A DNA stretch of 64,000 bases from an uncultured delta proteobacterium. GTDB lineage: Bacteria > Desulfobacterota > Desulfobacteria > Desulfobacterales > B30-G6. The notes beneath the pieces were generated by a model that searched no databases, was not told the DNA's origin, and saw nothing but the letters and a program-made list of their open reading frames with translations. The first letter of the stretch is position 1. The number at the start of each line of letters is the position of its first letter. Positions 52,416 to 62,964 of this stretch are shown here, one piece after another. The stretch is taken from NCBI GenBank assembly GCA_963823335.1, contig CAWGLD010000001.1, forward strand, positions 608,001 to 672,000, written 5' to 3'. The position numbers and the translations under genes are program-made.

Positions 52416-54332
52416 TCAATGGCGATTTGTGCTGTTTGAGCCGCTTAGGGCTTCACTTACGGCCGCCCGCATCACCTCAACAGGTGCCTGCATGCCTGTC
52501 CAGAGCTCAAACTGGAACGCACCCTGATAGACGAACATGGGAAGACCATGAATGGTGGCACACCCGGCTGCGGTCGCGTCTCTTAACAGGCGTGTCTGCA
52601 GGGGTGTGTAGATAACATCCATGACCGTCATGTGCTCCTTAAAAAATGTTCCGGGAACCGGTGTCGCGTCGACATTCGGAAACATCCCCACCGGTGTCGT
52701 GTTGATCAGGATATCACACCCCACCCCTTGGATCTCCGCCAGCGGAGAAAACTCAGCGCCAAGATCGTCAGCCAGCTGCTCACCGGTTTTTGTCGTTCTG
52801 TTTACCACGATCACGCTGCCCTTATTTTCCAGGATACCGAACCCGATAGCCCGGGCAGCACCCCCCGCGCCAATAATTGCCACACGCCGGTTTTTTAGGG
52901 AGCTTCTCTCGGTGAGGGCCGACACAGCACCCAGGGCATCTGAATTATATCCGGTCAGGACGCCGTTCTGATTGAGAATCGTGTTCACGGCACCGATTTT
53001 TTCCGCCATGGCATCCACATGATCCAGGTGGGGCATCACCCGGACCTTGTGAGGTAATGTAATACTGGCACCCTTCATATTGAGGGTTTTCATGGCCGAA
53101 ACAGCCCCGGCGATGGTTTTGATTCTAAAGGGGAGATAGACGCCGTTATACCCTGAAAATGCAAAGGCCCTGTTGTGCATGACCGGGCTCAGGCTGTGAG
53201 ATATGGGATCACCAAAAATACCGAAAAGTGCCGGCGTTTCACTTTGCAATCGTCTTTCTGCACCCCTTGAAATATGGGCCCGGGACCGGCTCTCGCCCGT
53301 GGGAGATGTCAGGCACTTCATACCCACTCGAACCTCCTCCAGGGAGAGGGAGCGGACAACCGTACGGCCTAATTTTTCCAGAAGGACAAAATGAATGAAA
53401 CCCCCTTCACGTTTTTTGTCTTTTTGCAGGGCATCCCACACCCGGTCTGCATCCACCGCTATCTGGGTTGGCAGGGCCAGGTCCTGCAACAGACGCTGCA
53501 GTCGTTTGACGTCGGTGTTCTTCAGAAGACCTTTTTCCTCTGAAACAGCCGCAGCAATCATCATGCCCACGCTGACCGCCTCGCCGTGGGAAATACCGGC
53601 GGTCTTTTCGATGGCATGACCAAACGTGTGTCCAAAATTCAGTTTCCGCCGCTCGCCTTTTTCGCGTTCATCCCGGTTGACAACTGCGGCCTTGATCCTG
53701 ACGGACTCATAAACCAGTTTCTCGATGACGGAAAGATCAAGGGCGAGTGCTCGCGCTGCATTCACCTCCAAGTATGCAAACATGTCGGCATCTGCTATGG
53801 CACCATGTTTGACGATCTCTGCAAACCCGCAGGATATCTCCCGGTCAGGCAGGGTCGTCAACAACGACAGATCGCAGATGACGAACTCCGGCTGGTTAAA
53901 CACCCCGACAATATTCTTATACCCCTGGAAATTGACACCGTTTTTGCCTCCCACGCTGGCATCCACCTGTGACAGCAGGGTGGTGGCAACATACCCGAAC
54001 CGCAAACCACGCATGAAGGTCGAAGCAACAAACCCTGTGATATCACATACGATTCCGCCACCGATGCCCACAAGAAATGTCGACCGGTCCGCCCCGAAAG
54101 AGAGAAGCTGCCGATAGATGTTCTGGACGGTTTCAAGACGCTTGACGCTTTCCCCCACTCCGATGGTAACAACCTTACAGGGGGGAAAGCGTTTGCCATA
54201 AATTTCAGCTACGCGGGTATCCGTGATGACAATGGTATTCTGCACAGGTACATAAGTACTTAGACTGTCTATGGATTCCCCCACCAGGATGACAGTATCA
54301 CCCGTGCCCCCTTTTATCTGAATCGTTTTCAC
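52416..54332 (-). CDS. aroB: Fused 3-dehydroquinate synthase (AroB) and shikimate dehydrogenase (AroE)
   Basis: GGGIVCD, DASVGGKNG, LNFGHTFGHAIE, then SHSLSPVMHN, TLPHK, GAVNT, NSD, GAGGAA in one 638-aa ORF. Confidence 0.9.
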   Translation of the reverse strand: MKTIQIKGGTGDTVILVGESIDSLSTYVPVQNTIVITDTRVAEIYGKRFPPCKVVTIGVGESVKRLETVQNIYRQLLSFGADRSTFLVGIGGGIVCDITGFVASTFMRGLRFGYVATTLLSQVDASVGGKNGVNFQGYKNIVGVFNQPEFVICDLSLLTTLPDREISCGFAEIVKHGAIADADMFAYLEVNAARALALDLSVIEKLVYESVRIKAAVVNRDEREKGERRKLNFGHTFGHAIEKTAGISHGEAVSVGMMIAAAVSEEKGLLKNTDVKRLQRLLQDLALPTQIAVDADRVWDALQKDKKREGGFIHFVLLEKLGRTVVRSLSLEEVRVGMKCLTSPTGESRSRAHISRGAERRLQSETPALFGIFGDPISHSLSPVMHNRAFAFSGYNGVYLPFRIKTIAGAVSAMKTLNMKGASITLPHKVRVMPHLDHVDAMAEKIGAVNTILNQNGVLTGYNSDALGAVSALTERSSLKNRRVAIIGAGGAARAIGFGILENKGSVIVVNRTTKTGEQLADDLGAEFSPLAEIQGVGCDILINTTPVGMFPNVDATPVPGTFFKEHMTVMDVIYTPLQTRLLRDATAAGCATIHGLPMFVYQGAFQFELWTGMQAPVEVMRAAVSEALSGSNSTNRH

Positions 54333-55447
54333 CAGAGCGGCTCCTGAATCTTGTCGATAATCCGGGTTGTTGACCCACCGCCATAGGCCATGTTTCTGAA
54401 GTAGTAGCGGCCCAGTTTTTCATGGGCGTTTAAAAGCAACTGTTCGGTCGCTTCCCATGAAATACACTCGTCGGTGATGGAAACCCCATATTTCAAATCG
54501 GCATGGCTACCGCTAAATTTCTGATTTCCCTCATGGAGATTGCTCTCCAGCATCATTCCCATGATCGCGTCGTTACCATTGAGAAACTGGTGCAGAATAT
54601 TTCGCCATACAACCGACTGACCCTGGAATTTCTTTTTGGAATTGGCATGCGAACAATCGACCATGATTTTGGCCGGCAGGTCCTTGGATACCAGGTCGAG
54701 GTGTGCCTCTTCGATACTCAAGGCATCATAATTCGGCCGACTGCCACCTCGAAGAACCACATGCCCGCTTGAATTCCCCATTGTCTGGACAATACAGGTC
54801 TGCCCTTCCTGGTCGATGCCCAGAAACGACTGGGGTGCTCTGGCCGCTAGCATGGCATTGATGGCCGTGGAAAGATTGCCGTCCGTGGCATTCTTAAAAC
54901 CAACCGGCATGGACAGACCGCTTGACATCTCCCGATGAATCTGGGACTCGGTGGTTCGGGCACCGATGGCCGCCCAGGAAATGAGATCGTCCACATACTG
55001 GGGTGTAATGGTTTCCAGGAGCTCCGTTCCGGCCGGCATGCCAATCTCCGTGATGCGGCGTAGAATTCTTCTTGCCTTTCGCAGACCCTCCTGAATATCG
55101 CAGGTACCGTCGAGGTTCGGATCATTGATCAGCCCTTTCCAGCCCACGGAGGTTCTCGGTTTTTCAAAATAAACCCGCATGACGATGAACAGGGTCTTTT
55201 CAACTTTTTTTCTCAACTCGTTCAGTCGCTCAGCATATTCGTAAGCAGCCTTTTCATCGTGAATCGAACAGGGTCCGACAATCACCAATAACCGTCGATC
55301 GATACCCTCAAGAATATTATCGATACACTTGCGACCGAAAATGACTGTTTTTGTGGAAGCTTCGTTCACTGGAATCTCTTTCTTAAGGGCTCTCGGTGGC
55401 ACCAGGGGTTTATAACCACCGACTCTTAAATCCTGTGTCTGTTGCAT
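54329..55447 (-). CDS. aroF: DAHP synthase, class I-alpha
   Basis: GPCSIHD, MRVYFEKPRT, IGARTTESQ, VDCSHANS, YGVSITDEC. Confidence 0.93.
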   Translation of the reverse strand: MQQTQDLRVGGYKPLVPPRALKKEIPVNEASTKTVIFGRKCIDNILEGIDRRLLVIVGPCSIHDEKAAYEYAERLNELRKKVEKTLFIVMRVYFEKPRTSVGWKGLINDPNLDGTCDIQEGLRKARRILRRITEIGMPAGTELLETITPQYVDDLISWAAIGARTTESQIHREMSSGLSMPVGFKNATDGNLSTAINAMLAARAPQSFLGIDQEGQTCIVQTMGNSSGHVVLRGGSRPNYDALSIEEAHLDLVSKDLPAKIMVDCSHANSKKKFQGQSVVWRNILHQFLNGNDAIMGMMLESNLHEGNQKFSGSHADLKYGVSITDECISWEATEQLLLNAHEKLGRYYFRNMAYGGGSTTRIIDKIQEPLW

Positions 55448-55494
55448 CGTACCTGCCTTTTGTTAGAAGCTAGTTATGATTATCCGCCACACCA

Positions 55495-55568
55495 AAAAAG
55501 GCCGTGCGGTCTCCCCCACGGCCTCAAAATAAAAAAGCCGTGGGATTCCGGTCTGCCCACAGCTTTTT
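55495..55568 (-). terminator. Two tandem intrinsic terminators of the aro attenuator
   Basis: AAGCTGTGGG...CCCACGGCTTTTTT and AGGCCGTG...CACGGCCTTTTTT. Confidence 0.85.
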
Positions 55569-55591
55569 GCGCTTTTTCCTTTTTTGTCTTT

Positions 55592-55666
55592 TCAGCGCAA
55601 CACAGGCAGACCGGTTTTATAGTAAAACCAGTAATAATAGTCGTTGCCTGAATTGGAATATTTCAC
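55592..55666 (-). CDS. aro operon leader peptide (24 aa, Tyr/Trp/Phe-rich)
   Basis: GTG start after SD AAAGGA: MKYSNSGNDYYYWFYYKTGLPVLR*. Confidence 0.85.
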   Translation of the reverse strand: MKYSNSGNDYYYWFYYKTGLPVLR

Positions 55667-55937
55667 TGAAAATCCTTTCGATCGTATATGGGCCCGTTTA
55701 CAGGAACCTTCCGGGATTGTCAAGGCCTTTTTCCACCAGTCTTCTGACCGTTTCCCCATACAAAGGCATTCAGAACCTGCCAACCGCTGGTGAGCTGAAA
55801 CAAGGCCAGCAGCACAAGAACAAGATTGTTCACAGCATGGATCAGGAGCATCTGCCCGGGTATCTCCTTTTTGGTATTGAGCAGCAGTAAGCCATATGCG
55901 GCGATCGGCATATGGCTTACTGCTTAAAGCTTATAGC

Positions 55938-56339
55938 TTAGTTCTCAATCCGATATGAATGTTCAAACTCAGCATTCAGGGAGGCCATGGCGCTGCAGTA
56001 TTTTTTTTCTGAAAGCGCGATGGCCTGTTCCACGGCCTTGGGCTTGATGTCTTTACCGTACAAACGATACACAATGGTAATTTTCGTATAGCGTCTTGGA
56101 TTATCCTCGGCCTGTTCTCCGGAAATCATAATCTCGAACCGGGACAGATCTAGACGTTTTTTCTTCAGAATGGCAATAATATCGATGGCCGTACACCCGG
56201 CCACCCCCATCAGGACCAACTGCATCGGACTGGCACCACTGGCGCCGTCAGTACTGTCCAGGATAACCGCGGGTCCCTCACCTGCCCTTGCTACGAACTG
56301 CAATCCATCCGTCCATTTCAGATGTGCTTGAACCGTCAT
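55938..56339 (-). CDS. OsmC/YhfA family protein
   Basis: SPMQLVLMGVAGCTAID...LSEKKYCSA. Confidence 0.9.
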   Translation of the reverse strand: MTVQAHLKWTDGLQFVARAGEGPAVILDSTDGASGASPMQLVLMGVAGCTAIDIIAILKKKRLDLSRFEIMISGEQAEDNPRRYTKITIVYRLYGKDIKPKAVEQAIALSEKKYCSAMASLNAEFEHSYRIEN

Positions 56340-56495
56340 GTGACGCTCCTTTAAGATGATCTGTTTTTGACTTTACTGCACAACAATAGTATGCATAAGG
56401 TCAATTATCAATGATTTGATGCTGGTATAAGCTGCATTCTAAGTTTTAAGCTATAAGCTGCTTAAAGCTTACGGCTTATAGCTTAAAAGGTTACC

Positions 56496-57425
56496 ATGAC
56501 ACGATTCACATATTTATTGCTGTTGTCCATACTCCTGCTGGTTTTCTCCTGCGGCGGCGGCTCCGTCAAAAAAGATCCGGCACCCTCGCATCTGGCCATG
56601 AAACAGCTCCAAAAGGGTCTTGCCTGGTATCAACAGGGCTGTTTTCATCAGTCCCTGGAGGCTTTTACCAAGGCTCACGAGCTGTTTGCCGCATCAGATC
56701 GCCTGCCGGGTGTCGCCATGAGTCTGAATAACATCGGTAATGTCTATCGCTATATCGGCGACTCCCGGAGCGCGCTGCTTTTTTTTCAGGAAGCTTATGA
56801 AATCTATTTCCGGCTCGACAACCTGGAAGGTGTGATTCAGGCACTTTCCAACCAGGCAGCCATCCATCTCCAGAACGATCAGCTCGATGAAGCTGCCGCA
56901 GTGATTCAAACCACTGAGAAAATGGCGGAATCTTCCGGAAAAGTTCTGGCCCACGTCCTGAACAACAAGGGCATTTTGCTCACCAGACAACACCGCTATG
57001 AAGAGGCCGAAACAGTTCTGATGCAGGCACTCGACGCCACAGCACCTGAAAATATCCATGCTTACGCCACTGTCTGCAGCGCTCTTGGAAATCTCATGGC
57101 TGAAAAAAGCGACTACGACAAAGCTCTGGCCTTCTATGAGAAAGCCCTCTTCTTCGATCGACAATCCGAATTCCATCCCGGTCTTGCAGATAACCTGAAG
57201 GCCCTCGGCAGGGTGTCTCTGCAACAGAAAAACTATGACCAGGCAACTGCCTATTTTCAGCGCAGCGTTAAAATTTATGCCCTTTTCGGAAACAGTGAAC
57301 AGGTATCCAGCACCATGAACATCCTTGAAGAGACCGCCAAACACTCGAATACGGATGTGACCCTTACCCGCTATTTTGTCGACAAATGGTCAAGAGGTGA
57401 AATACTCGAGCATCCATGTCAATAA
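56496..57425 (+). CDS. TPR lipoprotein
   Basis: Lipobox VFSC; TPR repeats (AMSLNNIGNVY, AHVLNNKG). Confidence 0.85.
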   Translation: MTRFTYLLLLSILLLVFSCGGGSVKKDPAPSHLAMKQLQKGLAWYQQGCFHQSLEAFTKAHELFAASDRLPGVAMSLNNIGNVYRYIGDSRSALLFFQEAYEIYFRLDNLEGVIQALSNQAAIHLQNDQLDEAAAVIQTTEKMAESSGKVLAHVLNNKGILLTRQHRYEEAETVLMQALDATAPENIHAYATVCSALGNLMAEKSDYDKALAFYEKALFFDRQSEFHPGLADNLKALGRVSLQQKNYDQATAYFQRSVKIYALFGNSEQVSSTMNILEETAKHSNTDVTLTRYFVDKWSRGEILEHPCQ

Positions 57426-57589
57426 CTGTAACGAGAGGGTCCAAGGGTCGGAGGGTGATACAAGGGTTCGAGGGTAGTTGAAAGCAATCAGTCAAAGAAA
57501 ATATCCGTTTCATCAACCCAATGAACCCAAGAAACTCAAAAAACGCAATGAACCCTATTGCCCTCCAACCCTTTACACAAAGACCCATC

Positions 57590-58021
57590 CTACCCCCGGC
57601 CATCATGCAACAGCTCCAGCAGGCGTTTGAGGAGCGGCGGTGCCGGCGGTCGCAATCTGGGGTGCATCGCCAGATCGTCTTTCCATGAAAAATCGACCGC
57701 CTCGAACATTTCAGGGATAAAGTTTTTCCCGTCCAAGCCATAGGTTTTCCGGGGATAGTATTCTACGAATTGCATGCGGCTGGGCGCCACATGAAACTGT
57801 TGGCTGACCATTGTGGCAATATGGCTCGAGCAACTTCTTACCGACATCTTGCTCTCCGGGTGGTCGGTGGCAATAACGACGATGGGTTTCAGGTGTACCA
57901 GGCCGTCAGCCCGATCTTTACTCAAATCATAAATTTTCAATCGGCACTTTCCGCTGGCAAGTTTGAGCTTGCCCCCAAATCCTTTCCAGTTGAAAATGTC
58001 ATCGTAAATAAGCATTACCAC
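57590..58021 (-). CDS. Conserved hypothetical protein cotranscribed with norQ/norD-like genes
   Basis: Starts 1 nt after the VWA gene stop; YDDIFNWKGFGGKLKLASGKCRL. Confidence 0.7.
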   Translation of the reverse strand: MVMLIYDDIFNWKGFGGKLKLASGKCRLKIYDLSKDRADGLVHLKPIVVIATDHPESKMSVRSCSSHIATMVSQQFHVAPSRMQFVEYYPRKTYGLDGKNFIPEMFEAVDFSWKDDLAMHPRLRPPAPPLLKRLLELLHDGRG

Positions 58022-58022
58022 C

Positions 58023-60833
58023 TCACATACGGGTCATGGCACCATAGATGCGCAACAGCTTGTCCGGAAGTTCTTTGATATCCGATATCAGACTATGCTG
58101 ATATTTTCCATACAAAGCATCCAGATTGGGATCACCGGCCATGTTGACCACAATGGCCTTGAAATAGATATGTTTCGCATACGCTTCAAAAACGGCCTTG
58201 CGCGTATCTGCCACGGCATACCCCTGCTTGTACCCGATATCATTGGGAAAACCATCCGTGAGGGTCAGCAGCAATCGTACCCTGGCTGGCATTTTCTCCA
58301 GTGCCTGGGTGGCATGACGTATGGCCGCACCCATCCGGGTGCTCCGCAGGGGTTCCACCGCATTGATACGCCGGTGAACCCCAACATCGAGTCCATCGGA
58401 AAAATCTTTTATTCTCAGATATTCGACACCGAATCGACCGGCACCTGAAAACCCGGCCACGGCAAACTGATCGCCGGCCACATTCAGGGCCTCCGAGAGT
58501 AGCACCACAGCCTCTTTTTCAATGTCCAGAATTCTGGAAGAGGACCCTGATGCACAGTTTGCCGTAGATTTTGAAAGATCCACCAGGACCAGTACGGCCA
58601 CATCTCTCTGGCGCTTGTCTCGTTTGATATATAAGCGGTCCGAGGGAATCCATCCGGTCTTGCGGTCTACAGCAAAATCAAGCAGCGCCCGGTAATCGAA
58701 CTGATCTCCCTCTATCCATGGTCGCATCATGGCTAACCCTTCGGGTTTCAACTGTTCAAAGGCACGTCGCATGTGATGAACCAGGCCGTGGTAGTGGTCC
58801 AGTGTGGCAGGATAAAAATCCCCGTCCACTTCATCGACCTTGCGGTCGCTAACCCGGACATGACCCGTGAGGTAATCGCCCAGATGACAGTCCCATTCAT
58901 GATAGACAGTGACATCTGCGTACGGATCCTTCTCGAGACCGCCAACCTCCTGGATAGCCCCGCATACGTCTGAAAAGTCGAACCAGGACAAATCGATACG
59001 CTGTCCGGCTGCAAGTGCTTTTCCCGCTTTACCATGGGGCTGCCGATGGACAATCAGACACTGGATGTCATCGGGGGACATTCTTCCATTATTTTCAGTC
59101 AGTTTTTTTCGAACATCCATCCGATATACGCGCAAACCCTTTTGGCGCAATTTTGATTGAATCGAAACGGCCATGCGATCCACCCGGGTGTCCACATGAA
59201 AACGAAAATCCGGTTTGAAACCTCTTCCAAACGGCGTGTTCAACGCCTGCCGTCCGTCCTGATCACTTTTTGAAAACACCTCTCCTGCCATGGCTCGAAC
59301 AACAGATTCATAAGTCAACAACAGGAGGCGCCCGCATGTTTCCACCGCAGGGTTTTTCTTTATTTCCGTTTCAGCCAGATCCCGGATCTTCCGGACCCTG
59401 GCCAGGGTTTGCGGTTCCGGTCCGGCCACTGATTCCGGAGCTATTCCCAGAGCGATGTCGGCGTAAAGAAGGTTCAGAACGTGCTGCTCCCGCACTTCCT
59501 TACAAATTCGCAGCATCTCCTGCTGCATGACCGGCAGGGCCTGGTGGACAATACCGGGATACCGCTGCATGAGGCACCAGCGCATACGCCCGTGTTCAAA
59601 TATGAGGAACAGATCTGCTGCCAGCTTCTGGCAGTCAAACAGATGTAAAAACCGTTCAATCTCGGAGTTGCCCTCCATCGTAAGCAGCGTCGTTCCTTTG
59701 TCTTCGTTCCCCGCCCCTGTTTCCGGAAAAACACCGGATCGTTCCAGGGCTTTATCAGCATCAAAATTGTAAGTTCCAAACTCGATCTGGGCTGATTCAA
59801 GTTTTACCAGGCTCTTGAAGAGGTCCTGGTTTTCCTTTCTGGTATCAAATATATCAATTTCTTTTGGCAGATAAATGGTCTGTTCGTCAGAGAAGACCTT
59901 GATGACGCCGCTTTCACCTGACCTGCCGGATACGCAAAACGCTTCGTTGGCCCTGATGGCGATGGCCTGACCGGTTCGGGTTCTGACATAACGTGAAAGT
60001 TTCCCCTGGATTTGAGACAGGGGTACCGCCACCTGCATTGTCCGGCAGGTTTCCAGAGACACCCTGGATTCAAGAGACAGGAATCGGCAGCCCCGGGCTC
60101 TGCTTCGGTTATATCTTTCCAGACCCATGGCAACAAAACTTTCCAGCGCCTCCTCATGCAGAAGATTCAGTCCCTTTTTCAATCCCGTGATGAAGCATTC
60201 CGCCGCTGACATGTCGATTTTTATGATGCGGGACAATGCCGACATCTGCCAGATACGCTTCAACGGCAACATGGCACCGACGGCCCTTGGAATCGTATAT
60301 GTCATCTGGAGACTCTGCTGATAGCTCAATTCCCGGTCGTAGGCATGACAGAGAAGTTCGAGATACACCCGTCCGCCGGCCAGATCCCCGGCTTCCAGCA
60401 ATCGTGACAATCCTTCCAGAGGTCCCTTCAGGGTATAGGTTCCCTTGCGGCGCATGACCTGGCAGGCTGTCATAAAACCATCGAGGAGGGCCTCGTCACC
60501 GCTCAATAAAACAGGCACCAGGTGGGTTGCCATGATTTTCCCCACAGTCGGCCCATTCCTGCCGGTCTTTCTGACAATCGCTTGAAAGGTCTTTATACCC
60601 AGATTGCGGACTGCCAGAAGCTGCGCATATCCACGACCCACTGCCCTTCCAAAAGAAATTTCCTGTGAAAGTGCCCAGAGGGTTTCCTTCACAAGCATCG
60701 CCAGATCATTTTGCCGAACAGAGGTGCCGGCCATGTCGAGCATGCTTTCAACTTCTGTTGCAAGGTCTGGGTCGGCGACGGCCAAACAGGTCAGGGTATG
60801 ATTCTCATGGGAATGATCCTCATGACGCATCAA
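58023..60833 (-). CDS. NorD/CbbO-like VWA domain protein
   Basis: [31 protein letters not shown]. Confidence 0.85.
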   Translation of the reverse strand: MMRHEDHSHENHTLTCLAVADPDLATEVESMLDMAGTSVRQNDLAMLVKETLWALSQEISFGRAVGRGYAQLLAVRNLGIKTFQAIVRKTGRNGPTVGKIMATHLVPVLLSGDEALLDGFMTACQVMRRKGTYTLKGPLEGLSRLLEAGDLAGGRVYLELLCHAYDRELSYQQSLQMTYTIPRAVGAMLPLKRIWQMSALSRIIKIDMSAAECFITGLKKGLNLLHEEALESFVAMGLERYNRSRARGCRFLSLESRVSLETCRTMQVAVPLSQIQGKLSRYVRTRTGQAIAIRANEAFCVSGRSGESGVIKVFSDEQTIYLPKEIDIFDTRKENQDLFKSLVKLESAQIEFGTYNFDADKALERSGVFPETGAGNEDKGTTLLTMEGNSEIERFLHLFDCQKLAADLFLIFEHGRMRWCLMQRYPGIVHQALPVMQQEMLRICKEVREQHVLNLLYADIALGIAPESVAGPEPQTLARVRKIRDLAETEIKKNPAVETCGRLLLLTYESVVRAMAGEVFSKSDQDGRQALNTPFGRGFKPDFRFHVDTRVDRMAVSIQSKLRQKGLRVYRMDVRKKLTENNGRMSPDDIQCLIVHRQPHGKAGKALAAGQRIDLSWFDFSDVCGAIQEVGGLEKDPYADVTVYHEWDCHLGDYLTGHVRVSDRKVDEVDGDFYPATLDHYHGLVHHMRRAFEQLKPEGLAMMRPWIEGDQFDYRALLDFAVDRKTGWIPSDRLYIKRDKRQRDVAVLVLVDLSKSTANCASGSSSRILDIEKEAVVLLSEALNVAGDQFAVAGFSGAGRFGVEYLRIKDFSDGLDVGVHRRINAVEPLRSTRMGAAIRHATQALEKMPARVRLLLTLTDGFPNDIGYKQGYAVADTRKAVFEAYAKHIYFKAIVVNMAGDPNLDALYGKYQHSLISDIKELPDKLLRIYGAMTRM

Positions 60834-61644
60834 AAATATCCTCTAATAGTTCTGCAAGTGTCTCCTGTAGTCTTTCATCATCGGAAAGAGGGAGACAAAT
60901 GGCCACCCTGCAGGCTTCTTTGGCTGAAATTCCGTTTTGAATCAACTGGGCAGCATAAATCAGCAAACGGCTACTGGCGCCTTCTGTCAAACCATACTCT
61001 CGGATATTGCGGACTTTCCCGGCAAACAAAACCAGCCTGCGTGCCGTCGCATCATCCACTTTGCCTTCGTGGGATACGATTTGGATTTCCTTTTCAGAAG
61101 GGGCATAATCAAACGACAGAGAAATGAATCTCTGGCGGGTGCTTTGCTTGAGGTCCTTTAATACGGATTGGTAGCCCGGGTTGTAGGAGACCACCAGCAT
61201 AAAATCCGGATGGGCGGACAGGATTTCTCCTTTCTTGTCAATGGTCAATATCCGGCGATCATCACTCAAGGGATGGATAACCACCGTGGTGTCTTTTCTG
61301 GCCTCGACGATTTCATCGAGGTAGCAGATGGCACCGGTGCGAACCGCACTTGTCAGGGGTCCATCCATCCAGATTGTTTCATCATTTTTTAGCAGATAAC
61401 GGCCGATAAGATCCGAAGCAAAAAGATCCTCATGACATGGGATGGTAATCAAGGGTCGTTTTAGTTGATATGCCATGTGCTCCACAAATCTTGTCTTACC
61501 GCAACCGGTCGGTCCTTTCAGCATAACCGGGAGTTTTTCCTTGAATGCCGTCTTGAACACCAGCACCTCGTTTCCCAGAGGTATGTAGTAGGGCTCCGAC
61601 TCGATAAACCGTTTATCAATTCCAACCTGGGACAAAGACGCCAC
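60820..61644 (-). CDS. CbbQ/NirQ/NorQ family MoxR AAA+ ATPase
   Basis: [44 protein letters not shown]. Confidence 0.92.
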   Translation of the reverse strand: MASLSQVGIDKRFIESEPYYIPLGNEVLVFKTAFKEKLPVMLKGPTGCGKTRFVEHMAYQLKRPLITIPCHEDLFASDLIGRYLLKNDETIWMDGPLTSAVRTGAICYLDEIVEARKDTTVVIHPLSDDRRILTIDKKGEILSAHPDFMLVVSYNPGYQSVLKDLKQSTRQRFISLSFDYAPSEKEIQIVSHEGKVDDATARRLVLFAGKVRNIREYGLTEGASSRLLIYAAQLIQNGISAKEACRVAICLPLSDDERLQETLAELLEDIFDAS

Positions 61645-61765
61645 GATTCCTCCTTCATTTCAATCTTAGATTGACATCTAGCGCAAAATTGTTATGGTTC
61701 TGGCCTTGTAATCGTTATCGATGGCTTCTAGAATAACCTGATATGGAACTACAGACAACAGCAAT

Positions 61766-62911
61766 ATGATTCAACATCTCACACTCGGTCAAAAAGAATT
61801 TCTGATAGTCGGGACAGCCCATGTCTCCAAAGAGAGCACCGACCTCGTCAAAGCTACCATCGAAGAGGAAAGACCCGACACGGTCTGTGTTGAACTATGC
61901 GATTCACGCTTCCAGTCAATCCGCCATAAAAGTCGCTGGCAGGATATGAATATTACCAAGGTTATCAAGGAAAAAAAAACATTCCTCCTGCTCTCAAACC
62001 TTCTTCTGGCATCTTTCCAGAAGCGGATTGCAGACAAGCTGGATATCCAGCCGGGTGCGGAGATGATTCAGGCCATTGAAAGTGCCGACGCCATTGAGGC
62101 GGACATCATACTGGCTGACCGGGACATCCGGATAACCCTCTCCAGAATCTGGCGGGTGACCGGGCTGTGGGACAAACTGAAAATTATTTTCCAGCTGGCT
62201 TTGTCACTGGGGGACGTGGAAGAAATAACCGAGCAAGACATCGAAAAAATGAAGCAGGAAGATATGCTTCAGTCCCTGCTTTCCGAGGTTGAAAAGTCAC
62301 TGCCGGTTCTCAGAGAGATTCTGATCGATGAAAGGGACCGCTATCTGTCCCAAAAAATAAAGATGTCGCCGGGAAATAAAATTGTTGCCGTTGTGGGTGC
62401 CGGGCATGTTCCCGGCATTTTAAAATACTGGGAGGAAGAGATCGACACACTGGCACTCGAGGAAATCCCGCCCAAAGGAAAACTGACCGGTGTGTTGAAA
62501 TGGCTTTTGCCTTCCCTGATCCTGGCCCTGTTCATTTTCGGATTTATCTATGGCGGACTTGGCACCGGAACCGACATGCTCACCTGGTGGGTCATGGCAA
62601 ACGGAATTTTGGCGGGACTGGGGGCCACCCTGGCCCTGGCACACCCCCTGACGATCCTGTCTGCCGTTCTTGCCGCGCCCCTGACGTCGCTGAACCCGCT
62701 CATTGCGGCCGGCTGGGTTTCCGGACTCGTGGAAGCCTTTGCAAGCCGGCCCAAAGTTCGCGATATGGAACGCCTGCCAAAGGATATTCTGACCATCAAG
62801 GGTTTCTGGAAAAATAAATTGACGCGTATCCTGCTGGTGGTGGTGTTCACCAACCTGGGAAGCACCATCGGCACACTGGTGGCCATCCCCTTGATGCTGA
62901 AGCTGCTTTAA
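61766..62911 (+). CDS. TraB/PrgY (pheromone shutdown) family protein
   Basis: VGTAHVS, VCVELC, PGAEM, ADRDIRITL, ERDRY, VVGAGHVPG. Confidence 0.9.
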   Translation: MIQHLTLGQKEFLIVGTAHVSKESTDLVKATIEEERPDTVCVELCDSRFQSIRHKSRWQDMNITKVIKEKKTFLLLSNLLLASFQKRIADKLDIQPGAEMIQAIESADAIEADIILADRDIRITLSRIWRVTGLWDKLKIIFQLALSLGDVEEITEQDIEKMKQEDMLQSLLSEVEKSLPVLREILIDERDRYLSQKIKMSPGNKIVAVVGAGHVPGILKYWEEEIDTLALEEIPPKGKLTGVLKWLLPSLILALFIFGFIYGGLGTGTDMLTWWVMANGILAGLGATLALAHPLTILSAVLAAPLTSLNPLIAAGWVSGLVEAFASRPKVRDMERLPKDILTIKGFWKNKLTRILLVVVFTNLGSTIGTLVAIPLMLKLL

Positions 62912-62964
62912 GTGATAGACTAATAGTCTAATAGTCTAACAGCCTATAGCCTATTTCCTATTGC

